Assembly: GCA_016872555.1 (NCBI GenBank)
Contig: VGZO01000004.1
Span: 3,382 to 67,381 of the forward strand
Length of the DNA: 64,000 bases
Direction: 5' to 3'
Origin: Planctomycetota bacterium
GTDB lineage: Bacteria; Planctomycetota; Planctomycetia; Pirellulales; UBA1268
Shown here one piece after another: positions 10,430 through 19,352 of the stretch (within the stretch, counting starts at the first letter, position 1; every line of letters begins with the position of its first letter). The translations under genes and the position numbers were made by a program. Below the pieces are notes generated by a model. It was not told where the DNA came from. It was given only the letters and a program-made list of their open reading frames with translations, and made no database searches.

Positions 10430-13400
10430 TCGCCCGGATCCTGTCGTTCGTCCGCCTCGAGCTCGCCGGCGCGTGGAAGCGGCCGATGCCGATCTTCATG
10501 TTCGCGATCCTCGCGCTGCTCACGATCGGGCTGCTGGCCGGCGGCGTGCAGATCTCGTCGGGGTCGACCGACGTCGGCGGCGCCAAGCTCGCCATCAACG
10601 GCTCGTTCAACCTCGCGTTCTTCGACGTCGTGATCCTCGCGATCGTGCTGCCCTTCTTCGCAGCGGTGGCCTGCGGGATGCCACTGCTGGTCGATTCCGA
10701 CCGGAAGATCGCCAAGCTCCTCCTCGCCACCCCGCTGTCCCACGGCGAGTACGCGCTGGCGCGGTTCCTCGCCGCCGCCGCGGTCCTCGCCGCTGTGCTC
10801 GCCGGCTGGCTGGTGGTCCAGATCCTCGCCTTCCAACTCTGGCCGCTCGACCCGTCGCGGTCGGTCCGCACCGACTTTTCACTCGGCAACTATCTGCTGC
10901 CGATGCTGCTGTTCGGAGTGCCGCTGCTGGTCTTCACCGGAGGCGTGTCGATGTGGGCCGGGGTGCGCACGCGACAGCCGGTGCTGGTCTACGCGCTGCC
11001 CGTCGTGATCTTCCTGGGCGGGGCGTTCTTCCTCTGGGACTTCAACCCCGAATGGCTGCCGCGCTGGGTCGACCGGCTGATGCAGGCGGTCGACCCGGCC
11101 GGGTACCGATGGTTCACGCGCACGTTCGTGAGCGAGAAGCGCGGGGTGGCCTTCTACAACGCGGCGAAGGTGGTGCCCGACGCGCTGTTTCTCGCGAGCC
11201 GCGGGCTGATCCTCGCGCTAGGACTGCTCGGCGTGTGGGCCGCGGGGCGCCGGCTGCGCCTCGAGGAGCGACGTGACCGGCGCGTCGGCGACCCGGCGGC
11301 GCTCGTCTCCATGGCACAGGCTCGCCTCGTCACCGAGCCGGCGGCGGTGGCCGCGCGCGGAGCGCTGCCTGCTGCGACCATCACCCCACCCGGTCTGCTC
11401 GCCACCGTCTGGATGGTGCTCTCCCGAGAGACGGCGGCGTTGCTTCGTTCCCCCGGCGTCTGGCTGTTCGGACCGCTGATCATCCTCCAAACATGGGGCA
11501 GCACGTTTTTCCGCCCCGGCACGCTCGACACCGAATTGCTCATCACCGGCGGCGGGGCTGCGGCGCGGATGTTCGTCGTGGTGTCGGTGTTCCTCGCGCT
11601 GTTGACGCTCTTCTACACCGTCGAGAGCCTGTTCCGCGAGCAGCGCGTCGGGCTCGACGGGATCGCGCGGGCCGCCCCGGTGCCGACGGCCGGGTGGCTC
11701 GCCGGCAAGGCGCTGGCCAACGCCACGATGTCGCTGGTCATCATCGGCGGGGCGGCGGTCACGATCCTCGCCACGCTCCTCTGGCAGCGATTCACGACCG
11801 GGATCGCCCTGCCCCTCGACCTCCCCGCGATGCTTCTGATCCTCGGCCTGCTCACGCTCCCCACGCTCGTCGTCTGGACGGCGTTCATCGCCTTCCTGGC
11901 GGCGCTGGTCCGCAACCGCTTCGCCGTCTACGGGCTGGCGATCGCGGCGCTGGTGCTCACCGGCCTGGCCAACACCTTCGGCGGGCTCAATTGGCTCACC
12001 AGCTGGTACCTCGGCGGCCAGGCGCTCAACTGGAGCGAGCTCGACCGGCTCGCGGCGATGTGGCCGGCGATCGTCGCCAACCGGATGGTGATGCTCGCCT
12101 TGGGCGCCACGCTGATCGCGCTGACGCTCGTGATCTGGCCGCGGCGGATTCCAGACCTGCGGGCGATCGCCGATCGCTTCCGTCCCGCGTCGTTCTGGCG
12201 CACCGCACGGGTGCCGCTCCTGGTCGCGCTGCCGCTGGTGGCGCTGGGCATCGGCACGGGGCGCATGATCCGCGCCGGCTACGAAGGCAAGCCGGCCCGC
12301 GACGCCGGCAAGGCCTACTGGCGGCGCAACAGCCAGACCTGGGAAAACGCCCCCGCCCCCGCGCTCGACCGCGTCGAGGCGGAGGTCAAGCTCTATCCCG
12401 ACACGCGCGCCCTGCTCGTCAGCGGCACCTACGTCCTTCGCAATCCCCACCGCGAGCCGGTCGCCGAGATTCCGCTGACCGTCGGCGACCATCTCACCTC
12501 GCGCGACTGGACGGTCGACGGCCACGCCGCCGACCCGAAGCAATCCGATCCCCCGCCACCGTCGGTCGAGAACCGCAGCGGGCTGTACGTTGTCCGGCCG
12601 CCGAAGCCGCTGGCCACCGGCGAGACGGTCACCGTCGGCTTCACGCTCGAGGGCTCGTTCCCGAAGGGCTGGTCGCGGCTCTCCGGCGGGATGGGCGAGT
12701 TCGTCCTCCCCTCGGGCGTCGTCCTCACGAGTTTTTCGCCGAGCTTTCTCCCCGTGCCGGGATTCGTCGACGGGATCGGCATCGATCGGCGCAACCGCCG
12801 TGACGCCAAGGAATACCCCCCCGACCACTGGAAAAAACGGGTCGACCCCGGCTTCGGCCCCGCTTGGTCGACGACCGTGCGCCTGGCGATCGAGGGCCCG
12901 GAGAGCTGGGTCCTCAACGGTTGCGGCGTGGAGGAATCGCGGGTGAGCATCGGCGACGGCCGGCAGCGCGTGGTGTGGAGCACCGAGCACCCGGTGCGGT
13001 TCTTCAACATCGTCGGCGGCCCGCTCGAGGCGGCGGCCGGGCGCCGCGCGACGATCTACTACGACAAGCGCACCCCCCACAACGTGCCGACGATGGTCCG
13101 CGCGCTCGACGCCGCCCGCGACCGCTACTCGGCCTGGTTCGCAGAGTATCCGTGGACCAATCTGCGCGTCACCGAGTTCCCTGGCCTGGCCGGCTACGCC
13201 CAGGGCTTCCCCGGCAACATCTCGTTCTCCGAGGAGATCGGCTACCTTGCCAAGCCGCTCGGGAAGGACGAGCCGACGGCCGATGCCGCCGACACGCTCG
13301 ACGCTGCCTTCTACATCGTCGCCCACGAGGCGGGGCACCAGTGGTGGGGCAACATCGTCACGCCGGGGAAGGGCCCAGGGGGCAACATCATCTCCGAGGG

Positions 13401-14100
13401 GCTCGCCGAGTTCTCGGCCTGCATGCTGCTCCACCATGAGCTCTCCCCCGCGCAGGCGAAGGTCCTGCGGCGCCGCTGGGAGAAGCAGTACGTCGAAGGA
13501 CGGCAGCCCGACAACGAGCGGGCCATCAACCGGATCGACGGCTCGCGCCCCGGCGACCAAGTCGTGACCTACCAGCGCGCTGGCTGGGCATTTTGGATGC
13601 TCCGCACCCTGATGGGGGAGGAGGCGATGCTCGCCGGCCTCCGTGACTTCATCGCCACGTGGCGCGCGGGTGTCGAAACCCCCGAGGGGCTCGACTTCCC
13701 CCTCATCGAGGATCTCCTCGAGAGCCTCCGCCCCCACGCCCCCGACGCGGCGGCGTTCGACGCCTTCGTCGGCGGCTGGATTCTCGGCAAGGGACTCCCC
13801 GATCTCGAGGTCCGCGACGAGAAGGTGGAGGAGAGAGCCGAGGGCTACCGGGTGACCGGGACGCTCGCCAACATCGGCACCGGTAGGGCCGACGTGCTCG
13901 TGCGCGTCGAGGGGAAGAAACCCGACGACAAGACAGCTGCTCGTCCGGCGGCCGACATGGTGGTCGCGGTCTCGGCCGACGCTCCGGGCGCGTTTTCGAT
14001 CGACACCGCCTTCGCGCCGGAGCGGATCGTCGTCGATCCCGACGTCGATCTCCTGTTCGCCGGCCGCAAGCGCACCGAGACGGCGCTCACCGTGCCGTGA
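10426..14100 (+). CDS. ABC-2-type permease fused to an M1-family (aminopeptidase N-like) zinc metallopeptidase domain
   Basis: ORF 10426..14100. ATGA start/stop overlap with the ATPase gene, and GGAGG 8 nt upstream. The N-terminal 600 aa or so are multi-pass hydrophobic. The C-terminal part has HEAGHQWWGN followed by EGLAEF (HExxH-x18-E gluzincin signature). Confidence 0.8.
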   Translation: MIARILSFVRLELAGAWKRPMPIFMFAILALLTIGLLAGGVQISSGSTDVGGAKLAINGSFNLAFFDVVILAIVLPFFAAVACGMPLLVDSDRKIAKLLLATPLSHGEYALARFLAAAAVLAAVLAGWLVVQILAFQLWPLDPSRSVRTDFSLGNYLLPMLLFGVPLLVFTGGVSMWAGVRTRQPVLVYALPVVIFLGGAFFLWDFNPEWLPRWVDRLMQAVDPAGYRWFTRTFVSEKRGVAFYNAAKVVPDALFLASRGLILALGLLGVWAAGRRLRLEERRDRRVGDPAALVSMAQARLVTEPAAVAARGALPAATITPPGLLATVWMVLSRETAALLRSPGVWLFGPLIILQTWGSTFFRPGTLDTELLITGGGAAARMFVVVSVFLALLTLFYTVESLFREQRVGLDGIARAAPVPTAGWLAGKALANATMSLVIIGGAAVTILATLLWQRFTTGIALPLDLPAMLLILGLLTLPTLVVWTAFIAFLAALVRNRFAVYGLAIAALVLTGLANTFGGLNWLTSWYLGGQALNWSELDRLAAMWPAIVANRMVMLALGATLIALTLVIWPRRIPDLRAIADRFRPASFWRTARVPLLVALPLVALGIGTGRMIRAGYEGKPARDAGKAYWRRNSQTWENAPAPALDRVEAEVKLYPDTRALLVSGTYVLRNPHREPVAEIPLTVGDHLTSRDWTVDGHAADPKQSDPPPPSVENRSGLYVVRPPKPLATGETVTVGFTLEGSFPKGWSRLSGGMGEFVLPSGVVLTSFSPSFLPVPGFVDGIGIDRRNRRDAKEYPPDHWKKRVDPGFGPAWSTTVRLAIEGPESWVLNGCGVEESRVSIGDGRQRVVWSTEHPVRFFNIVGGPLEAAAGRRATIYYDKRTPHNVPTMVRALDAARDRYSAWFAEYPWTNLRVTEFPGLAGYAQGFPGNISFSEEIGYLAKPLGKDEPTADAADTLDAAFYIVAHEAGHQWWGNIVTPGKGPGGNIISEGLAEFSACMLLHHELSPAQAKVLRRRWEKQYVEGRQPDNERAINRIDGSRPGDQVVTYQRAGWAFWMLRTLMGEEAMLAGLRDFIATWRAGVETPEGLDFPLIEDLLESLRPHAPDAAAFDAFVGGWILGKGLPDLEVRDEKVEERAEGYRVTGTLANIGTGRADVLVRVEGKKPDDKTAARPAADMVVAVSADAPGAFSIDTAFAPERIVVDPDVDLLFAGRKRTETALTVP

Positions 14101-14112
14101 GAACTCCGCCCG

Positions 14113-17100
14113 TCACCCGGGCAGGCGGATCATCTCGATCGTGATCGGTTCGGGAAGTTCGATCGTGATCGTCATCGTGTCGGCACCCGTCTTCACATGC
14201 CGGAACGACAGGTCGAAGCGGGTGCCGTCCGCCGCGGTGATCGACACCCGCGACACCAGCACGCCGCCGTCTTCGATCCAGGTGCCGACGAACGTGCCGC
14301 CCTGGGAGTCGCCACCTGCCGTGAACACGGTGCCGTCGGCGGCGTTGACCGCGATCAATCCGGTGGAGGGGTTGTCGCCACCGCTGTTGACGACCTCGAT
14401 GACGCGGTCGCGAATCTTCCACGCGTATGTTGTGCGCACCGCCTTGCCGCGAGTCGCCTTGTCGACCCAGGTGCCGACGAGATGCTCCCAGCGGCAGGCA
14501 CGGAGGATCTCGGCGAGCGACCTGCCCCGCGCGTCGAACGCGGGATCGGCGTCGTCGCCGACGAAGAACAGGAAGTCGTTGCTGGCGAGGCCGTCCGGAT
14601 TCTGCACTTGGAGGAGGTGCATACCGTCGGCTGGCGTTTCGGCCAGCTCGACGACGACCAAGTCGCCGTCGGCGCGCACGCTGCCTTGCACCCGGCGGCC
14701 GTTCACGACCGGGAAAGCCCCGGGAAGGATGTGCCGCCCGCTCGCCGTCAGCAGGCGCTCGCCGACGGAAAGTCGGGGAAAATGCTGGTGGCCGCGCTGC
14801 GCGTGGATCTCCCCCTGCGTCCAGATCGCCGGCTGGGGTGCCGATGCCTGCGGGCCACCCCGGGCGGTGAAGATGGCCGAGAACGTGCCGTCGGCCGCAG
14901 CGCCGCGCAGGTCGTCGCGCGAGAACCGCCGGCCGTCGGCAGCGACGAACGGGGGCGTGATGGCATCGTACCGCAGCTCGACGGCGGCCTCGGCACTCCC
15001 GGCCAGCGTGCCGTACCCCTCGGCGTAGAGGGTGACCGCGCCGTCGGCGGCAGCAGCCTCGAGGGCATCGAGCATCGCGGCGGTGGTCCGATCGTCCGCG
15101 GTCCTCCGGTCGAGGAACACCTGCCGCGCGAACGCGCCGGAAAAACCCGTGCTCGCCTCGAGCACCATGTCCCACACCGGGTCAAAGCGTTCGCGGCCCC
15201 CCCACGACATGCGCCACACATCGCGTTCCGGCGTGCCGCGCAGCGCGATCTCGCGAAAGAAGGGGAACTCGACCATGTTGAGGCGGCCCTGCGGAAGGAT
15301 CAGCCAGCGATCCTGCGCGCCGCGCCAGGTGGGGGCGTCCATCCCGGAACCCGGGGTATTGGTGCTGACGAGGTGCGGGAGGCGGTGGCAATCGCCGCAC
15401 ACGTTGGCAGTTGGCTTCGCCGGATCGATATCGCCGTCGACGTGAAACAGGCGAAACCCCGTCCGCGCGCGGTCGGAGACGACATTGGTAGCCGGGCGGC
15501 CCGGCGCCGGCGGATAGGGGATGTCGACGAGAAACGCCGCCATCGCGGCACGGTCGGCGGCGTCGAGCGCCCCGCCCTGGCCCGCGTCGTTGACCATTGC
15601 GTCGCCCACCATCCGCATCGTGCTCGCAAGGCCGCCATCGATCAGGTGGCGCACGGCGCTCGTCGGATCGGCGTTGGCCGGCACGGCGGCGTGCACGCTC
15701 GCCGAGTTGATCCCGCCGTAGGGGTCGCCGGGAATGCCGTCCCAGTGGAACGGCGCGGTGTCGCGCAGGCCGCGACAGGGCATCGTCGAGCGCGGCATGA
15801 TCTGTTCGCCACCGCTGACCACCGGCGTGGCCAACACCCACAGCAACTGATCGGTGTGGCCGTCGGGATGGCAGCTCGCGCAGGAGAAGGTCTTGGTCGT
15901 CGAGGCGGCGGCGGTGTGGAAGGCGATCCGGCCGCGGCGAATCGGCTCCGGCGTCGGATCGGCGAGCGCCACCGTCGCGATCACACGTGGCGCGGCACGA
16001 TCGGCAAGATCGACCAGGGTCACTTCGGCCGAGAACGCCGCGAGCACCCAGGCCCGTGCGGGGGCACCGTCGGGAGCGCATTCCAGCCACACACCGTCGG
16101 GCCAGGCGCCCACTGCCGCGCGGCCGAGGATGGCACCACTCTCGGCATCGAGCGTGAACAACGTATCCGACCCGGCCGCGGTGGCCACGATCGTGCACCC
16201 GTCGTCGCTGACCGCGATCGCGAACGGCGTGGCCAGCGCCGTGCCGTCGGACGGCTGCGCGGGAGGCAGGGGCTCGAGGTCGTGGAACACCGGTGCGGAT
16301 CCCGGCATCACGGCGGTGATCCGGTTGAGGAACGGTCGGTTGGCCAGTTCCGCGAGGCCGTGGCGCTTCGAGCCGGCCCGGCCGTTGGCGTCGTTGCGGG
16401 CGTCGGTCTGGGCGACGAACACCCTACCCGTGCCGTCGACATCGAGGCCGTAGAGCAGCGTGCCGAGTCCGTCGATCGTCTCGACGAGCGTGTCGGTAGC
16501 GGTGTCGAAGATGAACAGGTCGCGATCGGGCACGTCGGGATGTTTGACGATGTCGACGACGTGGCCGAGCGACAGGACGTTGTTGTGTCGGATCGAGTGC
16601 TCCCAGGCATCGAAGGTGACGAGGTCGCCGTCGGGCTCGCCATGGCCGCCGGAGAGCTGCGTGCGGTTGTGCGACTCGAATGGGGCGACGTACAGGCGCC
16701 CACCGCGGACCACGATCGCCCGAGGATCCTGGGCGGGAATCGGCAGCGTTCGCACCACGGCACGGCTCGCCACGTCGACGACGGCGATCTCGTCGCGTGA
16801 CGACAGTGCGACGTAGGCCTTGGCATCGTCGGCGAAGGCAATGCCGACCGGTTCGTCGAAGCGCGTGGCGAGCGACAGCGGGTCGATCTCCTGGATCACA
16901 GCCACGACGCGAAACCGCGTCGGACTGCCCGGATCGGTGTCGATCACGCTCACCGAATCGGAGACGTGGTTGGCCACCCACACCTCCCGGCCGTCGGGCC
17001 GGGGAACGACCGCGACCGGTTGGATCCCGACCGGGATGCGCCGGACCACCGTCCGCGCGGTGACGTCGATCACATCGACCGTGTCGGCGGGCGTGTTGGC

Positions 17101-17286
17101 GACGAACAGGTGATCGCCGACCCGCGCCAGAGGCCGAACGTGCGGCGCGAGGAAGGTGGGCCGGCCGACTCCCGGGAGCGGATCGGGAACAGGATCCGCC
17201 GCGGAATGGCCGCCTGGCAAGAGCGCCGTCACGATCACGAGCGCCGCCAGGGCCGCCCGACGGATCAGCCGGTGATGGCACGACAT
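14113..17286 (-). CDS. Secreted beta-propeller (YVTN/lactonase-like repeats) protein with two CxxCH heme-c motifs and an Ig-like tail
   Basis: Inside ORF 14113..17376. ATG at 17286 (MSCHHRLIRRAALAALVIV) gives a signal peptide. Repeated VxVIDxxxxxVV propeller-like units. CASCHPDGHTDQ and CGDCH are heme-c binding motifs. Confidence 0.65.
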   Translation of the reverse strand: MSCHHRLIRRAALAALVIVTALLPGGHSAADPVPDPLPGVGRPTFLAPHVRPLARVGDHLFVANTPADTVDVIDVTARTVVRRIPVGIQPVAVVPRPDGREVWVANHVSDSVSVIDTDPGSPTRFRVVAVIQEIDPLSLATRFDEPVGIAFADDAKAYVALSSRDEIAVVDVASRAVVRTLPIPAQDPRAIVVRGGRLYVAPFESHNRTQLSGGHGEPDGDLVTFDAWEHSIRHNNVLSLGHVVDIVKHPDVPDRDLFIFDTATDTLVETIDGLGTLLYGLDVDGTGRVFVAQTDARNDANGRAGSKRHGLAELANRPFLNRITAVMPGSAPVFHDLEPLPPAQPSDGTALATPFAIAVSDDGCTIVATAAGSDTLFTLDAESGAILGRAAVGAWPDGVWLECAPDGAPARAWVLAAFSAEVTLVDLADRAAPRVIATVALADPTPEPIRRGRIAFHTAAASTTKTFSCASCHPDGHTDQLLWVLATPVVSGGEQIMPRSTMPCRGLRDTAPFHWDGIPGDPYGGINSASVHAAVPANADPTSAVRHLIDGGLASTMRMVGDAMVNDAGQGGALDAADRAAMAAFLVDIPYPPAPGRPATNVVSDRARTGFRLFHVDGDIDPAKPTANVCGDCHRLPHLVSTNTPGSGMDAPTWRGAQDRWLILPQGRLNMVEFPFFREIALRGTPERDVWRMSWGGRERFDPVWDMVLEASTGFSGAFARQVFLDRRTADDRTTAAMLDALEAAAADGAVTLYAEGYGTLAGSAEAAVELRYDAITPPFVAADGRRFSRDDLRGAAADGTFSAIFTARGGPQASAPQPAIWTQGEIHAQRGHQHFPRLSVGERLLTASGRHILPGAFPVVNGRRVQGSVRADGDLVVVELAETPADGMHLLQVQNPDGLASNDFLFFVGDDADPAFDARGRSLAEILRACRWEHLVGTWVDKATRGKAVRTTYAWKIRDRVIEVVNSGGDNPSTGLIAVNAADGTVFTAGGDSQGGTFVGTWIEDGGVLVSRVSITAADGTRFDLSFRHVKTGADTMTITIELPEPITIEMIRLPG

Positions 17287-17404
17287 CGGCAGGGTTCCTC
17301 GCGGGCGGGGACCGGGGTCACGCGGAGCGTCATCCGTCACCCTGAAGGCTATCAGTCCGTGGAAAAAGTCATCCATGACCTTGTTCCACTTCGGACACCC
17401 CGAG

Positions 17405-17421
17405 AAAAGCCGGGGCTTTTT
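17405..17421 (-). terminator. Hairpin downstream of the MBL gene, possible intrinsic terminator
   Basis: AAAAGCC-GG-GGCTTTT palindrome about 73 nt after the stop at 17494 and before the next gene. The T-run is part of or adjacent to the 3' arm on either strand. Confidence 0.4.
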
Positions 17422-17493
17422 CGGGATGTCTGCCGCCGCATCCAGCGGCGGATCACTTTGGCCACGGTCTGCGATCCCCGCGGAAGTCGCCCG

Positions 17494-18915
17494 TCAGTGC
17501 CACTCCGGTGGTCCGGCGCGCCGTGCCGTGGCCAGCAGCGCCTCCGGTGAGCGCCCGCGGACCGTGTCGAACAGTGGCCGGTTCTCGGGCGGCACGTGGT
17601 TCTGGATCGCACGGAAGAACGGATCGGCCTCGATCCCGGCGCGAAGCGCCGCATGGCGCACCAGTTCGAGCCGCTCGACGGCCGCCGCGGCGTCACCCCG
17701 GCCCCCCTCGATCGCCGCCACGGCCAGTGCCCGGCGGAGCTGGAGCGTGTCCTCAGGAGAGCCGATCCGTGCCGCCGCCCGGCGGACGTAACAGGCCATC
17801 TCGCCGAGCGCCGCGCGATCGTCGCCGAAGCGGCGGCGGAGCAGCGCCTGCCGCGTCGTATCGCTGCCGAGAAACAGGTCGGCCAGCGCGTCGATGCGCC
17901 GATCGGCGTCGGTCTCGCCGACCGCCTCCCAGGGGCCGAGCGCCGCATAGCCGCCGGCTCCGGGCAGCGCCTGCCAGCGGAGGAAGCGCCGCTGTTCGTC
18001 GAGCGGCTTGGCGGGCGAGGACAGCTCCTTGAACACGTGCTCGATGTTCTCGGTGCGGCTCCGCGCCTCCTGCCCGGTCCACTCCTTGTAAAACGGAATC
18101 TCGAGCGATTCCTTGACCGTGTCCACGGTGTCGCCACGGCCGATTCCTTCCTTCACACGGGCTCGTAGCTCCGTGAACCAGCGCTTCTGGTTGGCGACCA
18201 CCTCCGGGCCTCCGGCTTCGCCGTGGCCGGGGCAGACCGTCGCGGGCCCGAGGTCCTCCATCGCGACGAGGACCGCGATCCAACTCTCGGTGTTGGAATC
18301 GCCTGTGTAATTGAAGGCCCCGTTCACGCAGGCGTCGCCGGTGAACAGGATCCGGTGCTTCGGCAGCCAGGCCACCGCGTCGCTGGCGGTGTGGGCGTGG
18401 CCGAAAAACACCAGCTCGACGCGCTGCTGGCCGTCGTCGAACACCAGCTTGTGCGAAAAATAGAGCGACGGGATCTCGTACGACAGCCCGCCATATTCGG
18501 CGGCCCGGCTCTTCTTCGCCCCGTCGAAACCGTCGATCCCCTTGGTTTGAAACAGCGGCTGGCTCCGCTCCTGGGCGACGATCGTCGCCCCGAGCTTGAC
18601 GTACTGCATGTTCCCGTCGGCATGGTCACCGTGGTAGTGCGTGTCGAACACGAACCGGATCGGCTTGTCGGTCCGCTCGCGGATCGAAGCGATGACGTTC
18701 TCCGCCTGACCGGGGAAGTTGGCGTCGATCACCAGGACGTAGTCGCGGAACACGACGAACCCCTGGTTACAGCCGGTGAACACCGGCTCGGTCTGCGCCT
18801 TGCGGAAGTAGACGCCGGGGGCGACCTCCGTGATCGTGGTCTCGTCGGGCGCGGCGACCGCGACGGCAGCGGCCAGCAACGACACCAGAGCGGCGAACCA
18901 GCGGCACTTTGCCAT
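17494..18915 (-). CDS. Secreted MBL-fold metallo-hydrolase with an extra C-terminal helical domain of about 170 aa
   Basis: Inside ORF 17494..19236. ATG at 18915 (MAKCRWFAALVSLLAAAVAVAAP) has GAGGAG about 8 nt upstream. HxHxDH motif is THYHGDHADGN. The tail after about aa 300 has no motif I recognise. Confidence 0.75.
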   Translation of the reverse strand: MAKCRWFAALVSLLAAAVAVAAPDETTITEVAPGVYFRKAQTEPVFTGCNQGFVVFRDYVLVIDANFPGQAENVIASIRERTDKPIRFVFDTHYHGDHADGNMQYVKLGATIVAQERSQPLFQTKGIDGFDGAKKSRAAEYGGLSYEIPSLYFSHKLVFDDGQQRVELVFFGHAHTASDAVAWLPKHRILFTGDACVNGAFNYTGDSNTESWIAVLVAMEDLGPATVCPGHGEAGGPEVVANQKRWFTELRARVKEGIGRGDTVDTVKESLEIPFYKEWTGQEARSRTENIEHVFKELSSPAKPLDEQRRFLRWQALPGAGGYAALGPWEAVGETDADRRIDALADLFLGSDTTRQALLRRRFGDDRAALGEMACYVRRAAARIGSPEDTLQLRRALAVAAIEGGRGDAAAAVERLELVRHAALRAGIEADPFFRAIQNHVPPENRPLFDTVRGRSPEALLATARRAGPPEWH

Positions 18916-19063
18916 GGACGGTCTCCTCGGATCGGTCGCGAAACTGCGGCGATGGCGGGTCGAGCGACAACATACGGCCGCCACCCGACCCGCGGGAAGA
19001 CAGGGCCCCGTAACGCCCGGGATGAGGTTGACGCGAAGGGAGCGATTGGTCTGACGGCACCGG

Positions 19064-19315
19064 ATGATTCGCAGCGGCAAGTATTTCGTGCAGCTCAATA
19101 ACGGGCCATTCGATCTCGACCTCGTCTTTGCCCCCGACGGTATCGAACGTTTCGAAGATGCCTGGCAGCGCCGGGTGGTCATCGAGGGTTTCCCCGTTTG
19201 CCATATCGACGACATCATCGCCAGCAAGGCCGCCACGAATCGGCAGAAAGACCGCGACAGCCTGCAGCGGCTCGAGTCGTTCCGCCTTTATCTGCGCCAC
19301 CACGGCCGCGCCTGA
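19064..19315 (+). pseudogene. Remnant of a small nucleotidyltransferase-fold (MNT/DUF6036-like) gene, C-terminal half only
   Basis: 83-aa ORF ending ..VCHIDDIIASKAATNRQKDRDSLQRL, which matches the usual C-terminal end of minimal nucleotidyltransferases. The catalytic N-terminal half is absent, with an in-frame TGA 4 codons upstream. The locus is visibly less GC-rich than its surroundings. Confidence 0.4.
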
Positions 19316-19352
19316 CGACCGTGGGGCCCTCGCTGTCGGACGCCGAGCGAGC

